Positions 44,458-59,881 of a stretch of 64,000 bases of DNA are shown here, piece after piece. A program made the translations under genes and the position numbers. The DNA lies in contig OX597828.1 of the NCBI GenBank assembly GCA_951406725.2, positions 77,376,001-77,440,000 of the forward strand, read 5' to 3'. This DNA comes from Octopus vulgaris. Lineage: Eukaryota. The notes under the pieces were generated by a model. The model was given only the letters and a program-made list of their open reading frames with translations, was not told the DNA's origin and searched no databases. The first letter of the stretch is position 1, and the number at the start of each line of letters is the position of its first letter.

Positions 44458-44555
44458 ATTCTATTAAATATTGAAAATGAAATGTGCTTTATTTACATTA
44501 TTTACATTATTTATATTTGACGGATATTTGTTCTCATCTTGTTTGTTGTTAACAC
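44458..44555 (-). mobile_element. Tail-only copy of the 21.5 kb hammerhead SINE-like unit
   Basis: tatttgacggatatttgtYctcatcttgtttgttgttaacac matches 21509-21550. Confidence 0.85.
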
Positions 44556-44571
44556 ACACACACATATGTAC

Positions 44572-44613
<42 letters not shown>

Positions 44614-44667
44614 GTATATATACATATATATATACATATATATATATATATACATATATATATACAT

Positions 44668-44698
<31 letters not shown>

Positions 44699-44702
44699 CA
44701 TA

Positions 44703-44750
<48 letters not shown>

Positions 44751-44751
44751 C

Positions 44752-44796
<45 letters not shown>

Positions 44797-44845
44797 TATA
44801 TACATACACACACATATATATATATATATATACATACATATATAT

Positions 44846-44896
<51 letters not shown>

Positions 44897-45348
44897 AGTG
44901 TGTATGTACTTTTGCGAGTGAAAGGGAGTATGTGTGTGTGAGAGACTGTACGTGTATAAATGTCGGAGAACGAAATGAGAGATAGAGATTATTAATTGCC
45001 AAAATGAGGTTTAACCTATTTACAAGGTGACTTCAACTACGAAAACAACAACGATAGCAGCAGCAACAACAACAACTAAAATACACCACTTCATGCTACT
45101 ACTATACTACATTTTCCAATTATGTTACAGGAGCCCAGTAATTTTTCCAATAAGTTATTACAATTTATAAAACGACATCACATAATAAGAAACGATTTTG
45201 GTTCTGGTGATGTGGTATGGAACACCTGAATGTAAGAAACATTTATTGTGAAAAGACTCTGTATGGAAAGCAAGTCATTAACAGTGACATTCCAGAAGTA
45301 TATATACATACGTAATTACGTACATACACATAAGCATATATTTATATA

Positions 45349-45401
<53 letters not shown>

Positions 45402-45404
<3 letters not shown>

Positions 45405-45821
45405 CGCAGGAGTGGCTGTGTGGTAAGTAGCTTGCTAACCAACCACATGGTTCCGGGTTCAGTCCCACTGTGTGGCATCTTGGGCAAGTGTCTTCTGCTA
45501 TAGCCCCGGGCCGACCAATGCCTTGTGAGTAGATTTGGTAGACAGAAACTGAAAGAAGCCTGTCGTATATATGTATATATATATATATATGTGTGTGTTT
45601 GTGTGTCTGCGTTTGTTCCCCTAGCATTACTTGACAACCGATGCTGGTGTGTTTACGTCCCCGTCACTTAGCGGTTCGGCAGAAGAGACCGATAGAATAA
45701 GTACTGGGCTTACAAAGAATAAGTCCCGGGGTCGATTTGCTCGACTAAAGGCGGTGCTCCAGCATGGCCGCAGTCAAATGACTGAAACAAAAAAAAGAGT
45801 AAAAAAAAGAGTAAAAAAGAG

Positions 45822-45822
<1 letters not shown>
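45402..45822 (+). mobile_element. Full-length family B SINE
   Basis: Colinear with the 34152 copy. Confidence 0.92.
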
Positions 45823-45853
<31 letters not shown>

Positions 45854-45874
45854 TATATGTGTATGTGTGTATAT

Positions 45875-46158
45875 TCTTCTTCTCCTTCTCCTCCTCCCCT
45901 TCTTCTTCCCTACCAAGAATTCACAACGACCTCGAACCCACAAGAGTAAACAAGAGAGACAGAGACAGGCAGAAACAAAGATAATGCAACTTGTATTTGA
46001 ATGCTATGCAAATATTCTTTTAAAATATACTTTTCTTTTAATTTTTCCAAAATTTAATTGCTTTCCATATTTACAGTTGAAAAGGTGTCAATGATTGAGA
46101 CCGGTATTGAAATGTTTTTTATAAAATTATTTTAGCATTTTCTATCTTGACTTTTTTC
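45875..46158 (+). mobile_element. Second copy of the 2156-2437 repeat, with decayed U3:A8 hammerhead at 46074-46109
   Basis: cagttgaaaaggt..gagaccggtattg. Confidence 0.75.
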
Positions 46159-46172
46159 CACACACACACACA

Positions 46173-46244
<72 letters not shown>

Positions 46245-46256
46245 CAAGTACACATA

Positions 46257-46299
<43 letters not shown>

Positions 46300-46355
46300 G
46301 TATATATATACAGATATATATGTCTGTATCTATAGACATACGCATGTATGTATTG

Positions 46356-46394
<39 letters not shown>

Positions 46395-47018
46395 ATATAA
46401 ATACATATACATGTAAATATGTATACATATAAATATATATACGTACATACACACACACACACGTTCACACACACATTTGATTAGATAATACATTTGTTAC
46501 TTTTTTCTCTGTCAGAAAAAATGTTTAACAGTAGATTTCGTACACGTTTATCCTACGTGTAGAATTTTTCTATTTCCTATTAGCAAACGAAACATGTGTA
46601 ATGGGGAATAAATAAAACCAAAACATGTTTCCAACTCCTCATTTCAATATATGATCTCTTTACAAACAATATTTCCAGATGTTCCACTCTAACGCGTCGG
46701 ACCTCACATAAATAGAACAGCTACAATGAATACCTGCTGCAATGTAATACTCGAAGAAGCAGACGGACTTCAGGAAGACACGTCTTGTAGTCTAACCTTA
46801 CCTTCTATTTTACCTTACCTACACAATATATATAATTATATATACATATATATATATATATACGCATGCACATACATAAGAATTTATATATGTATATATA
46901 TGCATGTATATACATATATGTACATATGTATGTATACAGATAGACATATGATTATATATATATGTATACATACATATATATATACATATAATTTGATACT
47001 GATTAGAAGATCGAAAAT

Positions 47019-47062
47019 CCACCTGAAGATTGTCGGTAGCATACATGAAACATTTGTAGTGG
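47019..47062 (+). ncRNA. Type-I hammerhead related to the 42089 copy, weakened stem II
   Basis: CCAC-CUGAAGA-uUGU..ACAu-GAAAC-AUUU-GUA^GUGG. Confidence 0.72.
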
Positions 47063-47146
47063 CGGTTTATTTAATTTATATTAAAATTTTATGTATTGAT
47101 TAAGTCTTTCCTTGTTTGGTTTTAAAATAGTGGTTTTGTCTCGAAT

Positions 47147-47205
<59 letters not shown>

Positions 47206-48385
47206 TGCATATATACATATGCATATATATATATGTATAATGTATAATATATATGCATAAGTATGTGTGTATATCTATATATATATATATGTCAAAGAAT
47301 ATACACACACATCAACTATTCGGTAAGATATATAATTCTGTATTTCAATTATGGCTTTCTTCGTTTCATATGTTTGACATTCTGAGCATACAACGAAAGT
47401 CGTCAAATGAGTTCAGTGAATAAAAGCTACATCATCTTCAATGTTAATTATAAATGCACCTTAATTTATTTTTTCTTTTCTTTTCAAATATCCAAAATGC
47501 AAGAGATTACCCGGAGGTCATTGTGTGGCGATGATATTTTGTCTCTTCGTCTCTTTTAACCACTGAATGGGAAAATAACGCCTGACCAATCTGATTTTAT
47601 GAGGATCAGAAATGTTGATTTATACTTAGTTAAAAACTTCTCTAATATTTACGAATTTCTTATCCTTATGGTTACCAATTACAAAAAAATTGTAATTGTA
47701 AAGAACACAACTTAAACCGTAAAAAGGCGAATGAAATACCGCTATTTAATCCGACGTGTCAAGGCTCCTTCCGCCACGCCGTCTTATAAATTTAATCGAG
47801 CAAAATCAAAGAATAGACATGAAAGCTGCAAAATTTGAAGTCAGTTAGTGGCCGAGAAAACTGTTTTGTCTCCTGCTGTTTACCCACGACGTCCGTATTC
47901 TATATATTGCGACTGATTACGTAGAAGCAGGAAGATAGGAAGATATTTAAAGCTACACAAAACTATATAAAAACGTGTAACATCAATCTGTTGAATTATA
48001 TATTTCTGTACGACAGAAATATAAAGTCTGTTTTCAACACCAAAGTTTTTTTGTTATATTGAGTGTATCTTCTTCGTTATTCTTATTTTTAAAATTCAAA
48101 CTTTTCATTCTCGCCATGATTTAAGACTTATTTAGTATTGATTATATCCCTTACAATACCTGCCCCCGCCAACAAATCAGTGTTTATAAGATTTACTTTC
48201 GCTTTCGTTATTGTATTTCCTTAACCTCTTCCGATACAATTTCCAGTACAATCACAAACCGTTTTGACCTTCTCCTATTATTTTGTTCTCTGTTCTTATA
48301 TTCTAAATTACATTTCCTTACCATCATCTTAATACTTGTAGTTGTTGTTACTGTTGGCGGTGTTGTTGTCGTTGTTGCTGTTGTT

Positions 48386-48422
<37 letters not shown>

Positions 48423-48603
48423 TTGTTAACTTGTCAGAAAGGAAAGTGTAACGCTCACAGCCCCTTTACTTTCCACTATATTTTTCAGGATTTCTAAAAC
48501 ATAGGAGGAAAGGAAAAAGAAACCCTCAAAGTGTAGACTCGGATCTAATATGTGCAGTAAAGTGAACGCCGGGGACCAGGAACTGGTGTTAAACCGGGTG
48601 ACA

Positions 48604-48639
<36 letters not shown>

Positions 48640-48643
<4 letters not shown>

Positions 48644-49040
48644 CAAATTTTGACACAAACCCAGCAATTTCGGGGAAGGGGAAATTTATTAAATTGACCC
48701 CAGTGCATGACTGCTACTTATTTTATCGACCTCGAAAGGATAAAAGGCAAAATAAACCTCGGCAGAATTTGAACTCAGCATGTAAAGAGGGACATGCTGA
48801 GCATTTTGCCCAGCTCGCAGCCTTAACTAGAAGAAGAAGAAGAAGAAGAAGAAGAAGAAGAAGAAGAAGAAGAAGAAGAAGAAGAAACCTTTCTACTGGC
48901 GGTACAAAGCCTCATATTTGTAGGGAGGAGACTAGTCGACACCGAAAGGATGAAAGACAAACTCGACCTCGGCAGAGTTTGAACTCAGAACGTAGCGACG
49001 GGCGAAATACCGCTAAGCTTTTCGTCTATCGCGTTAACCA
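48640..49040 (-). mobile_element. Two family A SINEs separated by (AAG)n
   Basis: Core and B box on the - strand. Confidence 0.8.
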
Positions 49041-49063
49041 TTCTGCCAGTTCGTCGCCTTGAT

Positions 49064-49120
<57 letters not shown>

Positions 49121-49121
<1 letters not shown>

Positions 49122-50357
49122 GGAAACTAATGTCAGGTGTATTGGCCGGTGAATTGTATAGACACCTGGAAAACAGGGGGCTTCTACCTATTGAACAGAA
49201 AAGGTGCCGAAAGAGGAACCGGGAAACGAAAGATCAGCTCTTAATTTATAATCTAATTATCAGGAACTGCAAGAGAAGACACACAAACCCGAGCGTGGCA
49301 TGGGTTGACTATCGTAAAGCATACGATATGATACCATACTCCTGCAAAAATGGGAACGATGGAAATGTATAGAGTAGCTGAGAATATGAGAAGCCTTATA
49401 TGGAATATCATGAAATCCTGGAGAACGGAATTGACAGCAGGAAATCAAGTATTAAGAGAGGTGAAAATCAAAAGAGGAATCTTCCAGGGAGACAATGTGT
49501 CCCCACATAACTTCGTGCTGAGAATGATCCCCTTGAGCGAAATACTACAGAAAACAAAGTTGGGTTATGACCTGGGAAGAAGTGAGGGAAAACCAAGAGG
49601 TGGGGGAAGACCGAGAGTACTATACTGGCAGCGCAAGACCAAGCTTTGGCCACAAACTGGAGGGTGAACCTTAGGAATGAGCCGTTGTGTCTCCGCTGTG
49701 TCGCATCTGTAATAGAGTGGATGAGACCATTGCCCACATCACGAACGAATGCCCTAGACTTGCCCAAAACCACTACAGGTTGTGGCGGCACGATCAGGTA
49801 GCGAAAGTGCAACATTGGAAACTGAGCGTAAAGTGGGGGCTAGAGAGAGGCAAGATGTGGTATGAGCACAAACCGCAGAGAGTGGCAGAATCGGAAACCA
49901 GCAAAACCCTCTGGAATTTCCCAATCAAACAGATCTGTTGCTAGAGCATGACAGACCGGGCCTAATGGCGGTGGACAAGATGCACCAAGTATGCTATATA
50001 GTTGCATACCCCTTTAACCAACGAATAGGCAAGAAAGAAAACGAAAAGAAAGATAAATACAACCCTCTTAAGTACGAAATAGCCCGGCAATGAAAAATGA
50101 AGGTGAAGATAGTGCCAATTATTGTTTGGTCCTTGGAAACAGTATCAGGAATCATCAGGGAGAATATAAATGAAACGGGAATCGAGTGCCCAGTAGAACT
50201 GTTACAAAGGGTTTGCCTCCTTGGCACGGCCAGAATAATCAGGACAGTATTAGATGGCTGAAAACAATGGATAGCATATTTCCCTAGAAATCAGGTAGGA
50301 AGCGCGCTACACATGCAAGACTCCAGGAACTCCAGCAAAACCTGTGATAAAACGAAA
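49121..50357 (+). mobile_element. Internally deleted R4/Dong-like retrotransposon flanked by (AAT)n
   Basis: [52 protein letters not shown] and the REL tail. Confidence 0.9.
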
Positions 50358-50468
50358 TAATGATAATAACAATACTTGACTAATATTTTATTATATTCAC
50401 TCGAATCTCGGTGGAATTGAAATTCGGATCATAGTGATCCAGAAGAAATACCGTAAGGTGTCTATTCC

Positions 50469-50685
50469 TTTTCTACTATAGGCACAAGACCCGAAATTTT
50501 GGGGGAGGGGGTCAGTCGATTAGATCGACCCCAGTACGCAAATGGTACTTAATTTATCGACCCCGAAAGGATCAAAGGCAAAGGCGACCTCGGCGGAATT
50601 TGAACTCAGAACGTAACAGCAGTCGAAATACCACTAAGCATTTCACCTGGCGTGCTATCAACTCTGCCACCTCGCCGCCTTATGC
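50469..50685 (-). mobile_element. Family A SINE with TSD
   Basis: gtctattcc duplicated at 50460-50468 and 50691-50699. Confidence 0.88.
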
Positions 50686-50983
50686 AAAGCGTCTATTCCA
50701 GCGTTGCAGCGAATCTGCCAGAAGTAGTGCCATTTGAGTGTCTATTATTTGTAAATGATTTATTTAATCTGTGAAATGTCTTAAATCATTGCTTGTGTCA
50801 GTCTAAATTTTCTAATTGTTCCTTAATTTAAATCTGAAGTCTCGTGAGACAAACATTATCAATGAGAACTTAATCGATCATCAATTATATTTTTTCGTAG
50901 CGAATTAACTTTTCAATGATCTCTCACTTAATGGTAGGTCACTGGGAACTAACTAAATCGTTAATAAAGTGCGAGCGCAGCAT

Positions 50984-51017
<34 letters not shown>

Positions 51018-51035
51018 CAGCAGCAGCAGCAGTAA

Positions 51036-51070
<35 letters not shown>

Positions 51071-51255
51071 TTTTACTTTTTAATTGATTCAGTCACTGGA
51101 GTGCGGCCATGTTGTAGCACTGGTACTTATTCTACCGGTCCCTTTTGCCTAACCATTAAGTTACGGAATGTAAACAAACCAGCACCGTTTATCAAGTAGT
51201 AGAGGAGAAAAACACAATCACAAAGACACACACGCATAGACTTACATATATATGT

Positions 51256-51299
<44 letters not shown>

Positions 51300-51323
51300 A
51301 TGGGTGTGTGTGTGTGTGTATAC

Positions 51324-51367
<44 letters not shown>

Positions 51368-51801
51368 GCACATACTTATACATATATATCTATAATTACA
51401 TATTTATGCATACATATATACGCATACATGTTTATATGTATATATGTATGTGCATATGTGTATGTGTGGAAGTGTGTGTATGTATCTCAAATATGAGCGT
51501 GTTGTTGTTTCACTTGCGCGTGTGCGTGTGTCTGTCTGTTTGTCTATCTGTTTGTCTCTCTGTTTATTTATCTGTTTATTTATCTGTCTGTGTATTTATG
51601 AACGAGAGTGTAAGTGTAACAGGATTGATAAAGATGTCAGAGCGAGAAGAAGTCCATTTTAGTCTGCTCCCGTAAAAGCCAGATCTCTTAAGTACTTAGG
51701 CTTCCACAATACTATTGTAAGAAGTCTTCACTTGGCTGGCTTCTTTGATGTGACTTCCGTCATCATTTACAGCATTGACTAGTGACACTCTTGGCATCGT
51801 G

Positions 51802-51861
<60 letters not shown>

Positions 51862-52485
51862 CATACAACTTTTGTAGAGGTGAAACGAGGAGAAAATCTT
51901 AAGTATAAGGTAAATATACTTAGCAACGTAATGAGGAAATGGATGAAATTATAATTTGGCCAGTTTGGTCTATCATCAAAACAGGATCTGGTGATTACTT
52001 CTCCTAACATATACACTTACTCATGCAAACACACAAACATAGTATTTAACTCTTTGCATACATATACGCCTAGAGGTTCAGGGTTTAAATACCCAGAAGC
52101 CGAAACCTAGTTTGTGGATATCCCTAATTGCATATTTTTATTTGTGCCGTTAAATGTTTTCATTCTTTCTGTTTTCCTCGCATACTGTTTTTCTATGTTA
52201 TCTTGGTGCGGTGCGGTGGACAAATTTAAGACTTTAGCTCTTATTTCTAGCAGGAGGATGGTTGTTAAGGATCCTTACGCTTCGTCCAAATTTATAATTC
52301 ATAGCTATTTAATGCTGTTGCGCCTGCGATCCACCTATGTCACTGCTGGTATATCATCAATTTTAAAATGTATCTACAGATGATATGAACAGTAGTGACA
52401 TCTGATTTCAAATCTCAGTGTTTGAATGTTTTGCTTATATGCATATGTATATATGTATATATATATAGATAGCTAGATAGCTAGC

Positions 52486-52587
<102 letters not shown>

Positions 52588-52619
52588 TTTCCTTTTATTT
52601 CTTTTATTTCCTCTTATTA

Positions 52620-52655
52620 CTTTCTGTCGAAGAGCGTCGGCTCGAAACATAAAAG
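52620..52655 (+). ncRNA. Minimal hammerhead-like motif with variant core
   Basis: CUUU-CUGUCGA-A-GAGC-gucg-GCUC-GAAAC-AUA^AAAG; A6U change and broken stem III. Confidence 0.55.
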
Positions 52656-52975
52656 ACTTTTCCATTTTTCCCGAGCATCAAACTATTACACTTTCTTGTT
52701 GTTCCTACACTTGTCTTCGTCTTTATTTTTCTATAAACATGAACCATATATATACTTCTATTTTTATCAAATGATGAATCACTCAATACATTAAATATGT
52801 GTTTCACATTTATTTCTTTAAGGAAAATGAAGACAGAACAGTTATGTGGGATTTCAGACCTGTTTAAATTCATCAAATAATATCTTTTTTTTTTCGCTTT
52901 TCTTTTCTAAAACATTTTTCAAGATATTGCTTCTGGAACTCATCTATGCCCACCTAGATATACTTCCCATAAAGG

Positions 52976-53019
<44 letters not shown>

Positions 53020-53181
53020 TCCACAATGATACGTTTTTATATCAGATCCTCTTTGGGACCATCATATCCCACCCTCAAGATGATCCAGAACTTAACTTGA
53101 CAGCCCAACAAAGGCAGCAACGTCGAAGCTGTCAAAATTTTGTGTTCGTGTATGTATGGCTGCATGTACATATATACATAC

Positions 53182-54321
<1,140 letters not shown>

Positions 54322-55194
54322 CACACATTATATACGCAAAATTAGGTAAGTTGAAATGTGTGTATCACATATTTCAGTGTTAAAAGGAGAATATATCTCT
54401 CTATAGGTTAAAAGGTGTGAAAATACCCTGTTCGTTTAGTGTTGCCATATTTTAGGAATCCCAGACAGGCTTTGGTCGGCCCGAGGCTATAGTAGAAGTG
54501 GGACTGAACCGCAGTGGGACAGAGCCCAGAACCATGTGGTTTCTAAGCAAGCTACTTACCACGCAGCCATTCCTGCGCTTATACTATATATAATTTTATA
54601 CAATATGCATAATATATTATATATCGATATATTATATCAATGTATCACGTAACCCAGAAATACCTGTCTCAATTCAGGTGTTCGAGGATCGAAGCCATTT
54701 TCTTGATTAAAGGGGACGATGAGCACCCAACAAGATTAAGAGTAGTTTCTGTCAAATGAATGAAGAGCTGCTGACGGAAGAAACAACAGCTACAACGGAA
54801 GAGGATCAATGACATCACCGGATTATCGATTTGTGTGACCACTCATTCTTGAGCACTTCGATCCACTTCAGCTGCATATTCTATTATCATTCACCCAATA
54901 ATTACTCTGAGTCACGCTCATATCAGCGCTGAAATACTGAAAATTTCTAGCGTTCAAACACTCAAACCTTTGTATTCTTTTGGCCGAATCTCTCAACCTC
55001 ATTATACAGGAGGAAGGCAGCTCGATATATATGAATATAAATGAATTATTAAACACGAGGAAGACCGCATAAATCGATTTCGTTCACAGTTTGTTACTGA
55101 ACATGATCTGAATAAAGAAAATAATATGAAATTCATTTCAGTCAATTATGGTTTCTTCTGTGTTAATGATGTTCAGGCAGGCAGCTGGATAGAT

Positions 55195-55206
55195 TGATTG
55201 ATGGTG

Positions 55207-55294
<88 letters not shown>

Positions 55295-55318
55295 GAATAA
55301 ATAGATAGATAGATAGAT

Positions 55319-55394
<76 letters not shown>

Positions 55395-55464
55395 TGATAG
55401 ATGAATAAATAAATAGATAGATAGATAGATGAATAAATAAATAGATAGATAGATGAATAAATAA

Positions 55465-55511
<47 letters not shown>

Positions 55512-55523
55512 TAGATAGATAGA
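55195..55523. repeat. (GATA)n array
   Basis: Directly visible. Confidence 0.97.
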
Positions 55524-57543
55524 TAAGTTTCTTTATTGGCCACACAGGGCTGCACACAGATGGAACAAGTTACAAGGTAGAGCTTTTCTTTTAAGGGATG
55601 AAAAAACAAAAACAAAAAACAAAAGAAACAAAGAAAGAGGTGGCGTAGGTTTTCGATCAAAAGGGATCGTAAAAGGGAAAAAAAGAACAAAAAAATAAAA
55701 TAAAATAAAGTTGAAAAGGAAAAAAAGGAAAAGGAACAAAAGAAAAGAGAAATGAAAAAAGAAGAAAAAAGGGGGAAAAAAGGGGAAGAGGAGAAAAAAA
55801 CGATGAATAGGGATCGTGTATCACAGTGTTATGATGTATGGTGTAAAGGGGAAAACAAGTAAGGTTTATCCGTGGGAAGAAAAGCCTACGAAAAAGACCA
55901 CGGTAACCTTGGTCAATATTGTTATATGTTACCACATTTGTTTGCACCCTCTGTTTTCAATTTCTGGGTTCATAGGATTATGCTCAAGGTGGCTTCGTCA
56001 TTCATACGTGCCATCCTTGCTACATTCGCAAGAAAAGACTTGCCTCTCTACTCTCACTTTCCTTTTCAAGTGGTACTTGAAGACGTTCATGAGAGATTGA
56101 CCAGAGAGGAAAGTGTTTGTCTCCAATCCTTTCAGGCGCATCCACCAGATACATTCTTTCGCCATAGCCACAAGGATGATGAAAATAGCTCTTCCTTCCC
56201 GTTTGAAGGAAGGAGGCGTGACAATATTGACGATAGACTCAGCTGATAAACCGACTCGTCCCACACGTGACAGCAGTCGTTCGACATAAGCCCACAGGTT
56301 GGAGATTGTTGGACACTGCACGAGTGCGTGCAGAACGGTTTCGTCGCTCTCCCGCATCTCGGGCAGGTCGGCCCCGTGTTTCTCGAGCCGTGTCTGTAGA
56401 GCTTATCCCGAACGGGTAGCGCTTCTCGATAGCACTGCCAGGCCAGGGATCTCTGGAAGTTGTCCATGGGCCCTGTCCCGAAAGTCGCCCCGAACAGGCG
56501 GGTCAGGTACTCCTCGTCGACGTCCAGGTTCTCCTCGAGCTCGTCGTCGTACCTCCCCTCCACTAATCCCCTATAGAATGCTTTGGTTGTGATGAAATCA
56601 CTCAAGGTCGACCCAGGACGGCAGAGTTGCTTGAGAGCAACGCGACACTCGCGGTGCCATTCGCCCTTCCTCGGCCTCTTTTTGATCCACGACTGCAGTT
56701 TGGTCATGAAGACGAGCTGCAGGAAAGCGTGCCTCACAAACGGTGACCACACCTGTTCACCGTCGTCTACGAAGAGCCTGAGATGTCGCAGTCTCAGCGC
56801 GTGTCTGCGCATCATCAACCACGGCATGCCCAGTTCTCCTTTTAACGGGTGTTGACAGCAAATGGATCGCCTGACCATCGGGACGCATCCTTTCCACAAG
56901 AAGCGAAAGAGAATGCGTTGTAGTTTGGTGATGGTAGGGTCGGGACAAGGTACGACGGTCAGGCAGTAGTAGATGATGGACGCGATGTACGTGTTCGCCA
57001 CCTCCGCCCGACCTTTTAGGGACAGTTTCCTCTCGGCCCATTGCCGAGTGAGAGTGACCACCCTACTCGTTATCTTGTTCCAGTTCTTCTCCACTTGGAG
57101 GTCCGGACCGAACCAGACCCCGAGCAACTCGATCGGGCCGTCTGTCCAGCGTCCCACGACGGAGGCGCTGGTGGATGGCATGGGCTTGCTTCTCCAGGTG
57201 CCTAGTCGCAAGCCCACTGACTTTTCCCGGTTGATTTTCACTCCTGTCACCGCTTCGTAGTTTTTCAGTGTCTCGCCGACCTGTTCGATGTGCTTGTGAC
57301 TAGACACTATGGCGGTGACGTCGTCCGCGTATGCAGACACGCTCGTCCAGCATCCCAGTTCTCGCGGGATGCCCCTCAGAGTTGCCAGCTTCCGTAATAG
57401 TGGCTTGAGAGTCAATACGTATAGAAGCGACAAGAGGGGGCATCCCTGACAGACCGAACGTGCAATGTCGAAAGGTCTCGATAGATGTCCATTTACGCGA
57501 ATTACCGAACGGATGCCTCTATACAAAGCGGTTATCCAGCCGC
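55524..57543 (-). mobile_element. 5'-truncated Tx1-like LINE (RT, zinc finger, 3' UTR, AATAAA)
   Basis: 464-aa ORF with QGCPL, AYADD, KLSLKGRAEVAN and CPRC; one frameshift near 56350; ends aataaagaaactt(atct)n. Confidence 0.95.
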
Positions 57544-57636
57544 AGATAGAGATATACAGGATGCGGCGTATAAACTGTCGTCTACATTACGTAAAATAAC
57601 ACTGACATCTCATTTTAACCGATAAATATATATACA

Positions 57637-57679
<43 letters not shown>

Positions 57680-57851
57680 ATATATGTATATATCTGTGTG
57701 TGAATATACATATATGTATATATGTATATTAATTGTTATCGCCATATTAATATAGCAGTCTTATAGATATAAGACTAAAAGCTGTCGCTGATTAACTCCA
57801 TGAGGCCATCGCCTTAAGATAGCTATTTGACACACAAACTGTGTCCATTAT

Positions 57852-57989
57852 AACCTTCGAACAAGGGAGGTCAGCCGCTTCACACTGCCAGTCAGACAGC
57901 TACAGACGCGTTTCAGGGTATTTGCCCTTTGTCAATGTAGTGAGGTCGACCCAGCAGGTGTAGCCACTGATCGTCTCTGTTCGAAGGTT
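57852..57989 (-). ncRNA. Type-I hammerhead (core 57900-57940, U3:A8 variant) capping a long extended stem I
   Basis: CUACA-UUGACAA-AGGG..CCCU-GAAAC-GC-GUC^UGUAG; closing helix AACCUUCGAACA / UGUUCGAAGGUU. Confidence 0.82.
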
Positions 57990-58222
57990 TTATTTACCTG
58001 TATAAGTATGTATATATTACGTCATATGTAAGCAAACATAAGTTTTGTTTGTTTTTTGTTTTCTTTTCAATCGTTGAAATCTATTGTAGAACAAGTAGAA
58101 CTTTATTTTTTATTCTTTTTTTTGTGCCTGCAAATTTTTCTGCTCTTAAAAGGATTTTATCCTTTATATATACTGTTCAGTATTTACATGTTGGAAAAAA
58201 AGTTATCCTTCTACTAGTTCTA

Positions 58223-58274
<52 letters not shown>

Positions 58275-58277
<3 letters not shown>

Positions 58278-58540
58278 GAGATAAAAAAATCCAAGGCTAT
58301 GAAAGATTTCAGAATATTTATAAAGGGAATGTTTTACAGCTGTTTCCGGGATATTTTATACATCCCTTTTAGCTAAAAAAAAAATCCAGAAACCATGGTC
58401 CAGGAGATAGATGGTAAATGTTTTCATTTGACATTCCCTACGAAGTTTTATTTCTAACAGTGGGTTGAACTTTGGCTGTTCCTTCTAGCGTGCCAGGAAT
58501 CCTATGACGGTTACCTCTTATGTGCTTAAATGTACACTGT
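58275..58540. mobile_element. Back-to-back truncated Penelope-like modules, each keeping only the GAAAC-stem III half of a hammerhead
   Basis: 58275-58368 matches 2614-2705; GAAAC-CAUG-GUC at 58389-58400 (+). Confidence 0.7.
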
Positions 58541-58574
58541 GTGTGGAGATATATATATATATATATATATAAAT

Positions 58575-58957
58575 CGTGGCACTCCGTCGGTTACAGCGAC
58601 GAGGGTTCCAGCTGATCCGATCAACAGAACAACCTGTTCGTAAAATTAATGTGCAAGTGACTGAGCACTCCACAGGCACGTGTACCCTAAACGAAGTTCT
58701 CGGGGAGATTCAGCGTGACACAGAGTGAGAGAAGGCTGTACCTTTGAAATACAGGTACAACAGAATCAGGAAGAGAGAGTGAGGGAAAGTTGTGGTGAAA
58801 GGGTACAACAGGATTTGCCACCACCCGCTGCCGGAGCATCGTGGAGCTTTAAGAGTTTTCGCGCAATAAACATTTAAAACGCCCGGTTTGGGAATTGAAA
58901 CCGCCATCCTACGACCGCGAGTCCGCTGCCCTACCTATCGGGCCATTGCGCCTCTAC
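58575..58957 (-). mobile_element. C-head/D-tail chimeric SINE
   Basis: Colinear with 9645-9985. Confidence 0.88.
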
Positions 58958-58986
58958 ACGCGCGCGCGCATATATATATATATATG

Positions 58987-59063
<77 letters not shown>

Positions 59064-59066
59064 GAG

Positions 59067-59097
<31 letters not shown>

Positions 59098-59659
59098 GAT
59101 ATACATATAGATATAGATATAAGTATACCAGATGCATATATATGAGTATGTATGTCAACATATATCCGAGACAGATGCGAGTATTTGTGTGTGTGTGTGC
59201 GTGCCTGTCTCTGTGTGTCTGTGCATGTGTATGTATGTGTATGTGTGTGTGTGCGTGTGTTTGCATGTGTGTGCGTGAGAGAGGCGGAGAAATTAATGCT
59301 GTATCCTGTATCAGATCTGCAAACGGAGAGTGTAAAAGTGGACAGTTTTCCTGACAGGAAATCGTTCATACAAACAGAAATTTCAATGGCAGTTTATTAA
59401 TCACACTAAGTATATATATATATATATAACGCAGTATGACCTAGATTAGAATTGGTAATTTTACATTCCGATAGAAATTATGATTCCTTCATTACGATCG
59501 TTTCAACAATACGTAGATCAAACGTGTCATGGATATAAAAGACTGTAATATTTGTATTACATATGATCCCTGTTCATATAGAAAAATAAACGTCAAAGAA
59601 GCAATGAAATAATACACGTAACACCATAACCTACATTCTTGGCATTATTAGATTGATAA

Positions 59660-59782
<123 letters not shown>

Positions 59783-59881
59783 CGTAAACTTCTGCTTGTT
59801 TGCATACAGATATATAAATTCATAAACTTACATGGCTTATATAATATATTTATATACACATAAACATGTATATATGTCATT

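Noticed and set aside
52066-52118. Hammerhead at gccGAAACctagttt
   Set aside because: Core and stem I are not recognisable; at most a heavily decayed remnant.
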